From: Bigelowiella natans CCMP2755
Lineage: Eukaryota; Protista; Cercozoa
Length of the DNA stretch: 64,000 nucleotides
Direction of reading: 5' to 3'
NCBI GenBank assembly: GCA_000320545.1
Contig: ADNK01001114.1
Coordinates: forward strand, 1 to 64,000
Made by a program: the position numbers and the translations under genes
Notes under the pieces: generated by a model
What the model was told of the DNA's origin: nothing
What the model saw: the letters and a program-made list of their open reading frames with translations, nothing else
The model's database searches: none
Part shown: positions 62,926-64,000 of the stretch, piece after piece
Position numbering within the stretch: the stretch's first letter is position 1
Layout of the letters: the number at the start of each line of letters is the position of its first letter

Positions 62926-64000
62926 ATGCTGCTGTGGCTCCTGTGCTGCCTCGTGTCATCGCCCCCACCACCCTCTCAACGTCTACGTCCCTCCCGATCA
63001 CGCGGCAGCCCATGTGCCAGTGAGGATAGCGGCTCTGGGTCTTCTTCCACTCTCGATTCGGAGCTTTTGAGACTCTACACAGATGCAGTGAGTGCGTACA
63101 GGGGTAGGAGTAGCAGTAGCAGTAGCAAACCAGGTATCTCTCGGAGCCTCGACGTCGCCAACGTGTCAGCCACTACCGCAGAGGCTGCCCCAATCAGCTT
63201 GGATGCAGCTTCCGTGCTAAGAGGCCGCATTGCTGGAGATACGTTCGTCAATAAAAAGGTATTTTTTATCGGAGAAAAGGTAGCGGCAAGAGATGAAGAC
63301 GAGAGCTGTGTCCCCGGCGACATGCGACTCGTTGACCGCGTCAGTAGTAACCGGGTAATTTTAGTGAGATTATCAAACACTACCATTCAATTAGGCTGGC
63401 ATGGAGAACGTGAACTCGACCTATGTAGCAGCCGTTGTCGATCAAATGACGAAGGGCTCTCCCTTCTACAAGGTCTGTATGAGGCCGCAGCAGAGCCAAT
63501 GAAGCAGCATGCCGTTGTTGCATCCATGCTCTACTGACAACCACACAACTTTCCTCGTCTTGTCTTCGTTTTGTTCTGAAACCCAGAATGAGCTCAAGCG
63601 CGCCGAGGCCCATGAAAGAAGGCTCGCCCGCGCCCTTGGAAGTATGTAGACGGGAAGAAAGCACGTGTTGCCATTTCTGAACACTTACGTTATTTGCGAA
63701 CAGGAATCAACGCTTTAGAGGAGGCTGATTGGAGACGCATTCGAGCTGAAGTGGACATTGCTGCTCAGCAGTAAGATTTCGTGCAATGCTTTTGATGAAT
63801 GGTGTGACGAACATTTGACACCGACGGGTGGTGGCTGTGTTGATATTATTGTCCGCAGTTTGGAACAGATAAGGGAGAGCTCCTCGAGACGGTTGTTGCA
63901 AGCATTTGAGTTTTCTGTACTAACGCTCTTCTATCCCTTTTCTTCTTCTTCTTTCATTGATGATTTGTTTGGCTCTCCGCCTCTTCTCTCGTAATAACGG
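62926..64000 (+). CDS. Hypothetical protein with a possible signal peptide and Ser/Arg/Pro-rich leader; runs off the right edge
   Basis: Open exon from MLLWLLCCLVSSPPPPSQRLRPSRSRG, then exons NELKRAEAHERRLARALG, INALEEADWRRIRAEVDIAAQ, LEQIRESSSRRLLQAF. Confidence 0.55.

Noticed and set aside
1-64000. CRISPR arrays, tRNA/rRNA genes, transposase or reverse transcriptase genes, telomeric arrays
   Set aside because: No regular repeat-spacer structure, RNA-gene hallmarks, mobile-element motifs or TTAGGG-type arrays were seen. tRNAscan-SE and Infernal were not run.
1-64000. Alternative genetic code or stop-codon readthrough
   Set aside because: In the well-recognised genes, in-frame stops are explained by introns.

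Overview
Intron-rich eukaryotic (protist-like) nuclear DNA, standard genetic code, GT-AG introns, many microsatellites. I found no prokaryotic, rRNA, tRNA or CRISPR features. Exon chains were assembled by hand using phase-compatible splice sites, so gene ends are approximate. The window holds about 16 genes: DNA-PKcs (N-terminal portion, runs off the left edge), CWF19L2, an SDP1-like patatin lipase, a large protein with two pseudokinase domains plus one intact-looking kinase and a KA1-like tail, a PDI-C (ERGIC/thioredoxin) protein, an ankyrin protein, an ankyrin/nuclease-like fragment, the TFIIA large subunit, TMEM115, an Ac45/VOA1-like protein, a TBC1D8/9-N-terminal-like + EDR2_C fusion, and several hypotheticals. 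The most striking observations are: (1) gene strands alternate almost perfectly; (2) tail-to-tail spacers carry a CTAG/TGCA/CATG palindromic-tetramer signature that is much weaker in head-to-head spacers; (3) the triple-kinase architecture; (4) the TBC1D9-N/EDR2_C fusion; (5) microsatellites concentrate in the interiors of long genes. Homology calls come from recalled family motifs, not database searches.
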